Numbered from the stretch's first letter, positions 27,601-40,240 are shown. The stretch is DNA of 64,000 nucleotides from Antedon mediterranea (GCF_964355755.1 NC_092670.1:22740795-22804794), one strand, 5' to 3'. Program-made: numbers and translations. The notes: generated from the letters alone by a model not told the origin.

Positions 27601-28999
27601 CTAACAAAAAAATTTAATTTAAAAACAATAAAAGATGGTTACCATTAAATTTGGAACTTTTAATACCTAATCACAAAAGCTTCAGCTCTAGGCCTAGCAA
27701 TCCCATCCAGGCTTGACTAATATGTCTGGCCTAGCTATATAGCTAAACCTACTTAGGCCTAGGCCTAGGACCTACTAGACTAGCCTAGCTATGCCCCTCT
27801 AGCTACTCTCTACTCTACTACACTAGGCTAGGCTCTAGACTAGGCCTAGCCTAGGCTAGGCCTAGTAAGTAGGCCTAGTAGTAGTAGGCCTAGCTAGGCC
27901 TCCTCCTATGCTTAATATGCCTAGCTAACCTGGCCGGTTTTAGACCTAGTAATTATGTATACTTAGTACTGTACGTACTCTCTATGATTAGGCCTGGGCA
28001 AGGAAGTAGGCCTACGTTTTAACAATCCTCACTATTATTATTACATAATGATTGTTGCTTATTTGTGTTTTAAAAAAAAGTTTTGTGAGATATTATTTTT
28101 CACAAAAAAGTTTTTGGGCTCTAGAGGGCGATATATTGGTACGTAATATACAGAACCATATTATATATAAAATATACCAAATTATATAAGAAGAATGAAT
28201 AGTTCTGTTCCACTGCACCATACGCAAAGTTAGTTTATACACTCAAATATTGTTTTGATAAGTGTGATTTATTCTTGGTGTTTTACAGAAAAGATTTGAA
28301 TACAAAATTACAAATGTAAGACATGGAAAATCAACACAAGGACCTATAACAAATTACAAATATTTCTAGTTCTCCTATTCATATTGTAATTGTATTAGGC
28401 CTACTTATATAGATATGAAAACAATAATTAATAATTGATTGATTGTAAATCGAACAACCATCTAAATAGTTTATGGAGGAATTACTCTGAAGTGACGCAT
28501 AACTAAGAGTGACGCGCCGCATTGACGTACTTTGACACTCCCGTACGTATGTACATAAAATGTTTGTACACGCGTGCGTGTACAGTTGGTTAAGAATGTA
28601 CTAAAATTAATAAAATACACGTATACGTTATGATTACGTAAATACCTACTTACTTTTTCCGATTTTGATAAGACTAAACCTTACATCCAGATTGCTTTTA
28701 AAATTCTCCATGACGTCATCCACAACGGACACATTCGGTGAATAAAAAATATCCCAATGATAAGGGGGTAACAATTGATGAACGGGTGGGGTCAGATTCC
28801 ATGGTAAATTGTTCACTTGAAAGTCCCCATAAATAGTTGGTTTGGTGTAATCCACTGGCTCAATAAACCCTCTAGCAATCAATAAAATCGCTGCGAATAT
28901 TACCGGAAGTCCGATTTCAAAGACTGTTACCAGAGGCTTGCGTTTTTGCAGTATCCAATTTTTCCAAAATAAAAGTCCAAATTGCTTAAAACCGGCCAT
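15664..28999 (-). CDS. ABCA3: ABC transporter subfamily A, ABCA3-like lipid exporter (~1750 aa, 20 exons)
   Basis: Exons 5'->3' on the - strand: 28999-28654, 27600-27322, 26991-26747, 25470-25230, 24555-24382, 24155-23974, 23539-23393, 22843-22571, 22416-22258, 21950-21740, 21527-21278, 21060-20807, 20509-19265, 18969-18770, 18575-18389, 18231-18119, 17995-17808, 17083-16913, 16518-16337, 15869-15664; total 5253 nt, in frame. N-terminus [17 protein letters not shown]; NBD1 GHNGAGKTT / [10 protein letters not shown] / LDEPTSGMD / TTH; NBD2 GVNGAGKTT / [10 protein letters not shown] / LDEPTTGMD / TSH; C-terminus [13 protein letters not shown]. The short first extracellular domain and the length fit ABCA3 better than ABCA1/2/4. 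Confidence 0.92.
16176..16289 (+). mobile_element. Harbinger-like MITE copy with internal deletion
   Basis: CTCTGTCTACACTATCAAAG ... AAGTTTGATAGTGTAGACTGAGCT. Confidence 0.8.
17214..17522 (+). mobile_element. 5S rRNA-derived SINE (SINE3-like) or 5S pseudogene with a 3' extension, in an ABCA intron
   Basis: 17214-17329 aligns by eye to metazoan 5S rRNA (ACCACGTTGAAACACCGGTTCTCGTCAGATC..GAAGTTAAGCAA..TTGGATGGGAGA..CTGGGAATACCGGGAGCTGTA) with substitutions and small deletions. There is no oligo-T terminator; it continues into ~190 bp of GC-richer body ending in TCATCATT. Confidence 0.75.
21633..21727 (+). mobile_element. Harbinger-like MITE, 5'-truncated
   Basis: TGCCCAAATATGGTAGTGATAT ... AAGTTTGATAGTATAGACAAGAGCT|TTA. 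Confidence 0.75.
23785..23938 (+). mobile_element. Harbinger-like MITE copy
   Basis: TCTACACTATCAAAC ... two 21-bp units ... GTTTGATAGTGTAGACAGAGCT. Confidence 0.85.
24806..24944 (-). mobile_element. Harbinger-like MITE copy
   Basis: GCTCTGTCTACACTTTTAAA ... TTTAAAAGTGTAGACAGAGCT|TTA. Confidence 0.85.
25630..26582 (+). repeat. Tandem array of 16 x 58-61-bp units containing the MITE terminal repeat
   Basis: Unit TTCATTCTAAAGCTCTGTCTACACTATCAAACTAGTTTGAAA(AA)GGACACATTGGGACCGA; 16 copies counted, nearly identical. Confidence 0.97.
26583..26721. mobile_element. pogo/Tigger-like MITE fragment (GTGTCCC subrepeats, end GTTCTACT)
   Basis: Repeated GTGTCCCCTGAATAGGGG ending in GGTTCTACTA; related sequence at ~42200-42352, ~49020-49159, ~52721-52790 and 53473-53642. 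Confidence 0.55.
27688..28015. repeat. TAGGCCTA/CTAG-rich low-complexity cluster in ABCA intron 1
   Basis: Many overlapping TAGGCCTA and CTAG palindromes in a non-periodic arrangement. Confidence 0.8.
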
Positions 29000-30460
29000 A
29001 TTGAATCTATCCTTTAAACATTAATAACAAACATACATGTCGATGTTCTGGAGTGGCTATGTGCTTTGGTTAGGCCTACCGATAAGTCTAGAAAGCGACT
29101 ATGATATTAATATGCTGTTATTATATAAATTACTTCATTTATTAGCATGTGAGAGGCGGTCACTCTGCATGCAAGGTACAAAGGTCCATTTTTGTTTATC
29201 TTAATTAGTTAACTATTATCATTAAGAATAATACTGATGATGAATAAGCAAATACGCTAAAAGTCCGCTGAACTTTCACCGAATTATTTTAATTTATTTT
29301 GTAGGCTATAGGTCTTTTTTTATTTGTCTACATAGTCTCTGTACTAGAATTTTTTCACCGAACAATTCTATTTTTTGCGACAATTTTTCTGAATAAAATA
29401 TTTCGGTTTATCTCAAATTTATTTATTTTTTATTCATTTGATACGGTATAGGCCTATAAAAAGTACAAAACGATAGCACACAGCTAAAAATGTTTAAATA
29501 CAAAATATTAGTTAATTTTAAATAGCGTAAAATACTATAAAATAATATATATTTTTAGCCACTGATGATGAATTGACGTTGAAAACATTCTAGTGAGTTT
29601 AGGAAGTAGCTTGTATTCTTATAAATACATTATACAGTATATATATAATGTTTTTTGCCTGATTTGTTTATTATATATTTATATAATGTAAGTATAATGA
29701 TCAAAATCCGTTGAAAATGACTATTTGCCATGCTGTTTACAAATGATAGCTTAGTTTTGGTAAGTTAATACGTTATACAACGAGTTATGTAACATTAACA
29801 ATACATATCATATAAATTAATATAGGCCTTATTTATAATACAATATTTTGTTGGCGTTTAAGATGAATAAAATGTAATTACACTTTATATTACGATTTTA
29901 ATATACCTAAATGCAGTTCAATACTAATTAATTTAATGTCAATTTCGACTTCTGTTAAAAAATGCTAATCTATTCACACCAGTCTGAAATTATAGGCTAC
30001 CCGTGATTCCAGTGGTTCATAAAAACGTTGATAATTGTGAGCTTACTGGGAAAGAGAGAACAATAAATGCATTAAAATCATTGATAAGCTTTTGAGTTTT
30101 TAAATATTTTTATGACATCTACAATGCCATAGAGATATTATAGTAGATATTATAGTTCACTATAATTGACAGTACACAGGTACAACAGTAGGTGAAAAAC
30201 AGAGCCATATATATGGCTCCGGTGAAAAAAACAGTGTAACGCCACCAACGATGTATCTCAGTGGAAGAGGAGTACACCACACACAACGCACAAACACATC
30301 ATTTGATTTTTTTTTTCACGTCGTTCACGTTCTTCTTCTGTTTTCACTTCACGTTAATGATCGGAGTTTGCCAAACAATATAAAGAATGGTTAGCCTAAA
30401 AGTATGATGAAATACAATGTCGCCGCCATTATCGTAATATCTAATTAATTACGAGCTGAA
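29000..30460. promoter_or_regulatory. Divergent (putative bidirectional) promoter region between the ABCA3-like gene and SLC25A19
   Basis: Start codons at 28999 (-) and 30461 (+) are 1.46 kb apart, head-to-head; YY1-like CGCCGCCATT at 30421. Transcription starts cannot be determined from sequence. Confidence 0.55.
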
Positions 30461-33230
30461 ATGGTTGGATTTGACCCAAATCAACAAAGAAAATTGACAC
30501 CATTTGACCATGCTGCAGCCGGTGCAGTCAGCGGGGTAATCACTCGGTCTGTTGCACAACCGCTCGATGTCCTCAAAATAAGATTCCAGGTAGGCTGCTA
30601 GGCCTAGCTCAAGAGCCTAGACTACTTCTTCTAGTTGGCAATAGAATAAAAGACATAGTAAGCTTATAAATGCATCATTTAATGAGGATAAAAAGCAAAG
30701 AATTATGTGTGACCTAGGCTAACCCAAGTTATTAATCATATAAACTAAAATTATGATTAATAATAATAAATAAAAAGGGCCTAGGCTAGGCCCTATAGGC
30801 CTACTAGCTAGCCTAAAAATATAGTAGTACTAGCCTAGGAATAATAGGCTAGGCCCTAGCTAGTTAAGTTACGCCTATCTCTAGCCTACCAGGCATAGAT
30901 AGGCTAGTAGTACTGCTGGACCCCTATTTATTACGCCATTTGTATCTCTCTGTAGCTTCAAGTGGAGCCATTGAAATTTGGAACTGGTTCCAAATACACT
31001 GGTGTTGCTCAAGCTGTGGGCAAGATATACCAAGAAGAAGGTCTCTTCGCCCTCTGGAAGGGTCATGTAGCTGCTCAGGGTCTCTCTGTTATCTTTGGAA
31101 TATCACAGGTTATTTATGTTGTATTTTTTTCTTCACTAATATTAATTACAAAATTAAAAACATGCCTACAATTGTTTATTTAAATCTTTATTTGTTTTCT
31201 TTCAGTTTGTCTCTTTTGAATTTCTAACTAAGAATACATATTACTTGCTGCCAGAGAATCTCACACAGCCACTTTACAAACCAGTCTATCATTTTTTCTG
31301 TGGAGGTATTGCTGGATGTGTATCTACCTGTGTATCTCAGCCTATTGATGTCTTACGGACTCGTCTTGTGTCCCAGGGGGAACCAAAGGTAAGGCCTTTG
31401 GCAGTGAGTTCTTTCAATAGAGTGTCAAGCCTGCTTTTAACCTTCAACAATAGTATCTATGACCAAAATTAAAGAATTGGGAAGAAACTGTATTTAAAAA
31501 CTCTTCTTTTGTGTATGTGTCGGGTAGTAATAATATAGTTAATAATTGAGATATTGAAATGTTTTATTTATACTGGGCGACCTCTTCAGTCAAAGACTTG
31601 TCTCCCAGAGGGCCCAGTTATAATCAGTGGCTGTGATGTATTAATACACCGGGGTAACCCCCTACTCGTCTCGAAAGATGTACTAGGTTCTTTAAAGTGC
31701 ACATGAGCTAGATGTGTACACTGGACCTACGGTAATGTGATTGGTATTCAACCCTGTCGTTACTTACAATACATAGGCCTTGTTACACCAGTAAAGCCAT
31801 AAACTACCTGTTGCCATCTCACTCAATTCTGGCCGATTCAATTCACTGTCCAGTTGTAACTGGCCTTCTTCACCTCCTTCTCCAGTCCATTCCTCCAGGT
31901 GTTTCCTGGCATCCTCTATTTCTTTCACTTGGAGGTTCCTTTTGAGGATGTACCTAGTTTAATAGAGATATAAAACATGAAACATTTTTTTTTACTTGTA
32001 GGTATACACAGGTATTAGACATGCTGTAGGTATGATGTACCAAGAGGCTGGTGTACGCACATTTTACAAAGGGTTGACCCCCACTCTCATCCAGCTTTTT
32101 CCTTACAACGGTCTTCAATTTGGCTTTTATTCATTTTTCAAGACTTTGTGGAAACCGGTCATGTCAAAGAAAAATGAAATAGGTAGACCTTAAATTTGTA
32201 TATTTAGTTAGCATTCTTCAAGATTTCAATTTATTTTCCAAATTGCATAAGCTTATTTAATGAGATTAATAGTTAAAATAATGTAAAAAATGGAGGGAAA
32301 TAACCAAAAGGTCAATGCTCATTTTTATGGCTACCCTTATACATATAAAACGGATGCAGAAATTCTGCCCTCTACAGACACACATCAGCTGCAATTCAGC
32401 ATACCAGGGATGCAATACCCAACTTTTTTTTAATGGTGTCCAATTTGTTTATTATGTGTAGTTTTGTACATAAGACCAACTTCTTAACATTTTATTAAAT
32501 TACAATTAATCGAGCAATAATAAATTCAAGCAAAAATAATGGAAACAATAGAAAAGAATGACAACTAATAGCCTTTTCACATCTGCATAATTTGTAACCA
32601 TGTTTTATCTCCCGATTTATTAATAGTTCATATGATCATTCGCCCACTGTCATCAATCTTGGGAGAAAGCCTAGTTGCGCGCTATTTCATTACTATGCTC
32701 AGTTTATTACCAGGCTAATACACGCTTGCAGTAACAACAACTCGGAACAAAAGCAGGCCTCTCTTTCACATGGATTCCTTGTAAAATCTCGGGTCAATTC
32801 CCAGAAAATTGTCTTCACACTATGCAAGCCTGGTTATAAGTTACTTTTTGCAGGTGAGAAAAGGGTATAGGTAAAAAAAAACTAAATTTCATAATTGACC
32901 ATGAATGTTAATGTCTTTTTAGGGGCTATTGGAAGTGGAATTTGTGGATCTGGCGCTGGCCTGTGTTCCAAGATTATTATCTACCCACTAGATCTCATAA
33001 AGAAGAGGCTTCAAGTCATCGGCTTTGAGGAAGCCCGTAAGTCTTTTGGTTCTCCACCCCAAGGCTCCAATTTCTACCATTGTATATGTTCAATAGTTAA
33101 AAGGGAAGGTTTTTTGGGGTTTTATAAAGGGTTGTCGCCCAGTTTATTAAAAGCTGTCGTTACTGCTGGTCTTACATTCTCTGTCTATGAACAGACTTGT
33201 GCAATATTATTATATCGTCATAGCAGCTGA
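30461..33230 (+). CDS. SLC25A19: Mitochondrial thiamine pyrophosphate carrier (SLC25A19/TPC1-like), ~317 aa, 5 exons
   Basis: Exons 30461-30589, 30956-31108, 31206-31388, 32002-32182, 32923-33230 (954 nt, in frame). Starts [34 protein letters not shown]; three carrier signatures [24 protein letters not shown]; subfamily-typical [16 protein letters not shown] and [13 protein letters not shown]. Confidence 0.93.
30590..30910. repeat. TAGGCCTA/CTAG-rich cluster in SLC25A19 intron 1
   Basis: TAGGCCTAG, CTAGGCTAGGCCC, TAGGCCTACTAGCTAGCC and similar motifs seen directly. Confidence 0.75.
31562..31733 (-). mobile_element. Deu/Nin-domain SINE, 3' part
   Basis: Reverse complement ACCGTAGGTCC..GTGCACTTTAAAGAACC..TTTCGAGACGAGTAGGGGGTTACCCCGGTGT resembles the Deu/Nin SINE core, followed by a stem-loop tail (ACTGGGC..GCCCAGT) and ATAAA. 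A near-identical core is at 59548-59625. Confidence 0.7.
31775..31955 (-). mobile_element. RTE-clade LINE 3' fragment, degenerate
   Basis: The reverse strand reads approximately ..KRNRG(C)..[25 protein letters not shown], like the RTE ORF C-terminus (GKRxRGRPxxTW..AQDRxxW). Confidence 0.55.
32568..32868. mobile_element. Second Harbinger-like MITE with imperfect TIRs
   Basis: ATAGCCTTTTCACATCTGCATAA ... TTTTGCAGGTGAGAAAAGGGTAT form an imperfect ~22-bp inverted pair. Confidence 0.45.
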
Positions 33231-33819
33231 CAACTTTAATTATTATCATGGTAACTAACAATAATCTCTATAATTGTCATGGTAACTGACAATAATAATA
33301 TTCATTTCGGCAACGAACTACAACCGCGGTCATAATTGTTTTCAAATTCATTTGAATAGCTAAGATTGCCGGGAAACATTGTTTTTATAGTTGATTGATT
33401 AAGTTCAAGTTCAAGTTAAAAAAACATTATTTATTCAACAATGGCATTATACAGTATAATATAATTATAGGTGTGTACATAAATGAAAACATAGTAATAA
33501 GCCATCATTTGTGGTCTTCTCTAGAAGAAAACAAGTTTTCAAATTTTAATTAATATTTTTATCTTGATCAAATAACCTATTAGCAAAATATTATTCAAAA
33601 ATTAAAAAATAATAGAAAGGCTATGTTTAAGTATCGTTCACACTGGCTCTGACGAATAAAGTAAACATTTTGTTTCCGCGACTCTCCATGCAGGTGTGAA
33701 CAACCCTTTAAATGTAGATATTAACTAAAAACATTTTCTTAAATTTTGCATCAATGTTTTAAAAAAAATATAATATATAATAAATTAAAAAAGTATAATT
33801 CATTTACAAAATCGCGGAA

Positions 33820-34038
33820 ATATGCAATGAAATCCAGTTACCTATGTGTGTTGTATTTTATGCCATAGACACTCACTCTCGTACAATACATTATATGCAA
33901 TGAAATCCAGTTACCTATGTGTGTTGTATCTTATGCCATAGACACTCACTCTCGTACAATACATTATATGCAATGAAATCCAGTTACCTATGTGTGTTGT
34001 ATTTTATGCCATAGACACTCGCTCTCGTACAATACATT
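33820..34038. repeat. Tandem triplication of a 73-bp unit
   Basis: ATATGCAATGAAATCCAGTTACC...CTCGTACAATACATT x3, with single substitutions. Confidence 0.95.
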
Positions 34039-35305
34039 TTGAAAGATGAACCAGAACAGCCTTAAATATTTCGGTTCGTTTGCATACACATTTAGATTAC
34101 TATTTATTTTTTGTATTTTGTATTAAAACACATTTATGCACAAGAACTAACCCACCAAGCAATAATTATTTATTTATTCAGTATTATAATATTTATTTTG
34201 TAAATTGTTTTAATATTTAATAAATTTAAAACTACAAACTAATTTGTTTTGTATTTGTTTAATAATAGTAAATTTAAATTTCAAGAAATCGTTGTTACAC
34301 TGTTCATGGAGGTCTTGTACCTCCATGCACCGTTGTTCACTTTGAACACTGTTCCACCACTACACTAATGAATACTATACTTTGCATTCCTTGGTTTTTC
34401 CGCTACATTTATACCATTTGTATTCAATTTGTAATAAGTATATATGTTTTGTCGTAGATTCATTCATTCTACTATATTTCGTAATATATCGCATCTGTCT
34501 TCTTATAATGCTAGGGATGTGTGAATTTAATTCACTCATCATTTAGGTTACCTGGTCTGTTGACCCTGCACTAATTGTATACTATGTTTGTTTATTGTTA
34601 GAACTGGATACAAATCCATTAGGTGAATCCTGTACATGTTTAGCCCCAAACTAATATGCATTAATTTAATCCAAGTTTAGCAGATAGATTGTCAGGTAAA
34701 AATGACATTAATAATAGGAAAATAACGCTTAAAAAAGACATTTCGCCTCTATCATGGGGTCATTATCAAGTCCAATGAACAAAAAAAACACATAACCATA
34801 CCTTAGGGTGAACCAACATGTCTATATGTTCACACTGTGTACGCTTTGTGTGTGACTAATAAACCTAGCTATCTTTCTATGTTGATTAACATATTTAATA
34901 TTAACATAAGTTCTAATTTTGTATTATCTGTTTATTGTTGCTAACCCAATGCAAATCACAACCATCAGGTGCACACTGTACACAATTACTTGCGGCCAGT
35001 GAGTCAATTAGCCTCAAACCAAGGAGGTGTATGATGGACACTTCCTCTGCAAACAGATCTATTCAACCCATTGTTTGTTGCTTATTGAAATATAGTCAGT
35101 TGTTTATAGATATCTGAGATAACTGCTTTTTGTTAGATTTTACTGACGTGCATAATGCATGATAATAAGCTTTTTAATTTAATTACTGTAATTTTCCTCT
35201 TCACGTTAAGAATCATCGTTACTTTGAAAATTCAATCATGTTGTTGCCTCGTGAATGTACTCCAAAATCACAACCACAGAGGAATTAGTTTTAACAGTTT
35301 AATAA

Positions 35306-35480
35306 AGCTCTGTCTACACTATCAAACTAGTATGATGTGCCCAAATATGGTGCTGATATGCCCAAATATGGTAGTGATATGCCGAAATATGGTAGTGATA
35401 TGCCTAAATATGGTAGTGATATGCCCAAATATAGTAGGTATATGACATCCTGTCCATATAAGTTTGATGTGTAGACAGCT
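35306..35480 (+). mobile_element. Harbinger-like MITE with five internal 21-bp repeats
   Basis: TAA|AGCTCTGTCTACACTATCAAAC, (GATATGCCCAAATATGGTAGT)x5, GTTTGATGTGTAGACAGCT|TTA. Confidence 0.85.
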
Positions 35481-35634
35481 TTAAAAAAAAATCTGTACAC
35501 ATAAATCTGTTTTCTTCAGTCAGTACTGAATCCTGTCACAATGGTGAACACTACAGCCAGCCCTTATTCAAAGGAAACCCCTATTAAAGGCACACTTTTT
35601 TTGAGTTCTGAAGTTATCACTAACCTACTACCTA

Positions 35635-35765
35635 TACTTTTCTTCCACGATCTAATCGGAAAGCTGGTGACAATGCTTTTTCTTTCACTACTCCACAGAT
35701 CCGGAACGAGCTTCCTGTCGATTTAAGAGAAGCGAATTCGGCACGCAAACTTTTCTTTTTAATTA
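35635..35765 (+). mobile_element. L2/CR1-group LINE ORF2 C-terminal fragment
   Basis: Translates ..LPRSNRKAGDNAFSFTTPQIRNELPVDLREANSA.., matching the GxRAFSxxAPxLWNxLPxxIR motif. Confidence 0.6.
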
Positions 35766-38700
35766 ATGCCAGTATTGTTAGGTGCTCTGTTATTTGTAGG
35801 GCGCCATTTAAAAACTTTCATAGAATAGAATAGCTGAGACATTTGTATCTATATCATGCATACCGCCCTCTAGTGTGTAATATTTACAGTTTTTGTTTTT
35901 CTACAGTGAAGTACTGTAGTATTTTAATGTTGGTGGTGTGTGTGTGTACAATCTCCCATAGGTCTAACTAAATGACTCATAGCAATACTGTATCTATGAC
36001 TTCACGTCTAATAAATCTGATTACTTTACACATATACACTGTTATAATGATAATATTCACAGTCATTCTGTATAGGCCTAGTATGAACATTTTTTAAAAT
36101 GCTTTTTTTTTTTCATCTCAATTCTGCCATTTCTTTCTGTTTAGTTACACTTTTGGTTAGCTTTTTTAATCATGTGGCACCACACAACACAAAGCCATCA
36201 TGCTTGGCAGCGTAAAATTGTGTAAAATAGTAGAAGGCGTCATGTTGCTATACACGAGAGGTGCCATGTCGCAAGACGAGAAATGTAACACTAACAGTAA
36301 TGATGAATTCTCTGGCATTCACAGCATTGTTTTCCGTCCTTTTCTTTCTTTTTTTTTGCTGTTTTTTATGCTGTAATTAATTTGTCTGTGCTTTATTAAT
36401 TATTTAAGCCTTGCATTGTTACATCAATATTATTGAAAATCTCTGTAGCCTTGTAGTACAACAAACTACATTGCTGGCATTTCAGTTGATTAAAATTTAA
36501 TTTTTAATGATTTTTTTGTGTAAACTATTTGTGTTTGGAACTGTTATGCATTCCTATTCTTCTCTCTCCAAAAAATTAAATGTTTTATGTTAGCATGGAT
36601 GTAATATTTTTGGTGGTTTAATATCATATTTCTCATAATTTAATTTTTAATCATTTTTTTTTGTGTAAAACTATTTGAGTTAAGACATTCCTATTCTTCT
36701 CTATTCAGAAAATAAACTTAATTTTTATTTTAGCTTGGATATAATATTGTTTGGTGATTTAATATCATATTTCTCATAAAGCTTTGATGTCCCTGAATGA
36801 AATGTGACATTTTTTGGTTTGATATCATTCCTCTCTAGACGAAGTAATCTAAAACTTTACTTTTACAATTAGCTTTGACGCAACTAAAATATGTTTTTTT
36901 TTTTACTTCTCATAAAGTTTGTCTGATTTGAACTAGAAATGTTGCTATTATTGCTGATGAGCGAAATATGTAAAGGCGTGAAATACATTAGCGTAATGCC
37001 AAAACTTGTTTTACTGTTACAGATTACATTAGAGAAATGTCAGATCCGATGTGATGGCCATTAACGCAGAATATTTTAAACTACGTCGTTCATGTTGCCT
37101 CGAGTATTGGTGTTAGCTACAGCGTCACTAAAAACTAAAAATATCTCGACTGACTTATTAGCGCCAACGTGAAGCGTAAAATATTTATTGTATTTTCTTT
37201 ATTCATAGAAATAACAATACAAAATTTGACATACTGTAGTACAATGCAATATATCTTATTTTGTTATACAAGTTTAAATTGGGAAATTGATTAAAATTAT
37301 TAAATTCATGAAAATGTTTTTTTCTATAGTTTGTTGGTACTACTAAATCCAATAAATAATGATAATAATAATAATAAAAATAATAATAATAAAAACATAT
37401 TCTTAAGTTTGTTCAACTTTGTAGTAGTTTCCAGAATGTTGTGAAATTCTGATTTTTCAAAAGCATCATTTATAATTTTTCCAAATGCATCATTTGTATT
37501 CTTTATAATAGCTTTTTGTTGTTGCGAAGATATTTCATAGATAACCCTATTAATTCATAAAAGGTCACGTCCAAGCATCAAAGGTCAGATATAATGGGAA
37601 TGAATAATCATAGCCAGAGGGGTAGCTAACTTGCAATGGTACCATATGCTCTGTACGCTATATCACGACAGCAAAACAGGTCAAACTCGTCACACGTATA
37701 CCGGTTGATGAACGCGTTAAATTCCGATACAACTAACGATCTTTATTTCTGACAACTTTAATGAAACATACATGAACCGTGAAGCGTGCAACTCCGCACG
37801 GGCCAATTAAGTATCATTATTTGAATTTGGTCGTTAGCGTACGATTTTTTGAATATTGTGTCAGGTGCAGAATAAATTCAAGTAATATAGCTACCAAGGC
37901 TAAGATAGAAAAAAATATTAGGTTACTGATATGATCATGCCTGATTAGACATCTGCCAATTCATTGGTCTAAATAATGTATAGTTCCATTTTATAAAGAT
38001 TAGTAACATCGTTAATGTTTAATGATTGACGAGAGGGACTTTTAATGTTTCTATTTGGAAAAATTATTAATTTTATTTCATAAGATCATTAGCTTTGTCA
38101 GTTGCATTCAACTGTGGGTATTTTGCTTTAAGAAATATCTCAATTTGATAATTATATATAATAATATAAGTATTTATTAAATTTATGCTTTAATTTAAAT
38201 TTGTTCAATTGTATTACATAGTTTGCGCAATGAAACCCATAAATTTCCTCATGTAAATATTATTTGAATCCCCCAAAACATTGATTTTATTTTTTGTAAT
38301 ATTGTCAAATTATCTTAGTTAGGTTCCTCTGTTTGTAGAAGCGTAATGACATTCTAGAAAAGCGGGAAAAAATGAAATTAATTGAAATTGAGTTATTTCA
38401 AATATTATGTTTCAATAAGTCAGACATTTTAAAAATAAATTTATAGTTATAATTTAGAACTCATTTTGAAACAGTCACTTTAATTGATTGTCAAAACAAT
38501 CGTGACAAATGTCGAAGGTTAACCATAAACTCGCTTCCCCTCCGAGTGGGAGCGCCGTTCACACCGACATGCCTTATTGCCAATAGGTTGTTCAACCCAA
38601 CTCAGACAGGAATTTTATCTATTTTATGATCTCTGCAATGTATCGGTTACAGTGCCTATGGTTCTGTCAATGATCTGCTAGCCTTATGGCGAGGGATCTG

Positions 38701-39589
38701 ATAGCTATATCTTTTGCCAATTGAAATATAAAAAACAACTTATATACTTGTCAACACATTTTAAATTGTGGTTTGAAAAACATTTGCATTTACCTTTTAC
38801 ATAACAGTTTTGGTTACATACAAATTTTATATATTTTTTACAAGGCATTTCCGCAACCCCATTATACATATATTTATACATAGGCCTAGTATATACACAT
38901 TATATATATATACTTGATACATATTCTTACATACATACATGTTTACATTTTACATACATGTATACATAATACATTTTACATATAATTATACCTTTTTAAA
39001 TTATAAATTTTTACATACAATGTGACATATACACTTATTAAAGTATACATTTTACATATATGTTTTATATTCCTTTTATTTTATATTTACTATTCTAAAA
39101 TACATTTTCTATTATTTTAATTGATTTCAAGTTAATATTGCGTCTATCTCAAAATGTATAATTTATCATATAAAATGATAATTAACAGGCATATCCGCAA
39201 AAACATTTATATTACTTATTCTTTAAAGAAACAATATTTTATTATTAATATTTCTGTTTTTTATTTTCTGTCATTATTTATGTTAAACACATTGCATTGT
39301 TTCAATTATACCATTTACTATTAATGTGTAACACCATTCCATCAATATTGAATAATAATATTAATATTTAAACCCCTTTAACATTGAAAGTTGTGAGAAA
39401 CTTTTAGACTAGAGCATTGCGTTTAAAAAATTAATATAATTAATATAGGATTCAATGATATGCAGAGCCACTTGATATGGTAAACATCTTAATTTAATAA
39501 AATATATTTCATCAAAATAGTCTTCCAGACTATATAAGAAAAAAACTATCTATTTTGTTGGTACTGTACAGAAGAACACAAAACGTCGC

Positions 39590-40062
39590 TAGAACACAAA
39601 ACGATGTCTATAGACGTGAAATCCCGTTTGTTTGACGCATACATAGCAAGTATTTTCTTATATAACAGTGAACTCTGGGTACTAAACAAAAAATTACAAG
39701 AGAGTATAGATATATATCACAGGAAAATGTTGCGAAAGATGATAGATATTAACAGATAGAGTGTGTAACACGAAAATATACGAGATAACAAAACAAGAAG
39801 AATGGAGTAAAAGAATTAAACGAAGGAGACTAAAATGGTATGGACACATAATTAGATTACCGGATGATACCCCAATCAAACAAACAATGAAGGAAACTAA
39901 CAGGAAAGTAAAACTGGATGAATCAAATAAAGAAAGACTTACAAGGACTAGTAGACACTAACACAATAACAAACCATCCTGCCATAAACAGAAAAAAATG
40001 GAAACAAATTGTGGAAAGTGTAATGTCGGAAGACGGAAAACGTTAGCAACAACAACACAACA
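39590..40062 (+). mobile_element. RTE-clade non-LTR retrotransposon, 5'-truncated and frameshifted
   Basis: Reads VKSRLFDAYIASIFLYNSELW..IDIYHRKMLRKMI / DRVCNTKIYE..IKRRRLKWYGHIIRLPDDTP (RTE post-RT motifs LYGSExW and RRLxWxGHxxR); ends in an (ACA)n tail. Confidence 0.8.
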
Positions 40063-40094
40063 CTGTACAGAAGACATTTTAGAAAAAAAAACAA

Positions 40095-40240
40095 AGCTCT
40101 GTCTACACTATCAAACTATTTTGACAAAAAAAAGTGTGATGTGCCCAAATATGGTAGTGATATGCCCAAATATGGTAGTGATATGCACAATTATGGTAGT
40201 GATATCACATCATCATGTCTATACATTTTTTTTGTCACAT
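40095..40240 (+). mobile_element. Harbinger-like MITE, right end missing
   Basis: AGCTCTGTCTACACTATCAAAC plus three 21-bp units. Confidence 0.8.
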
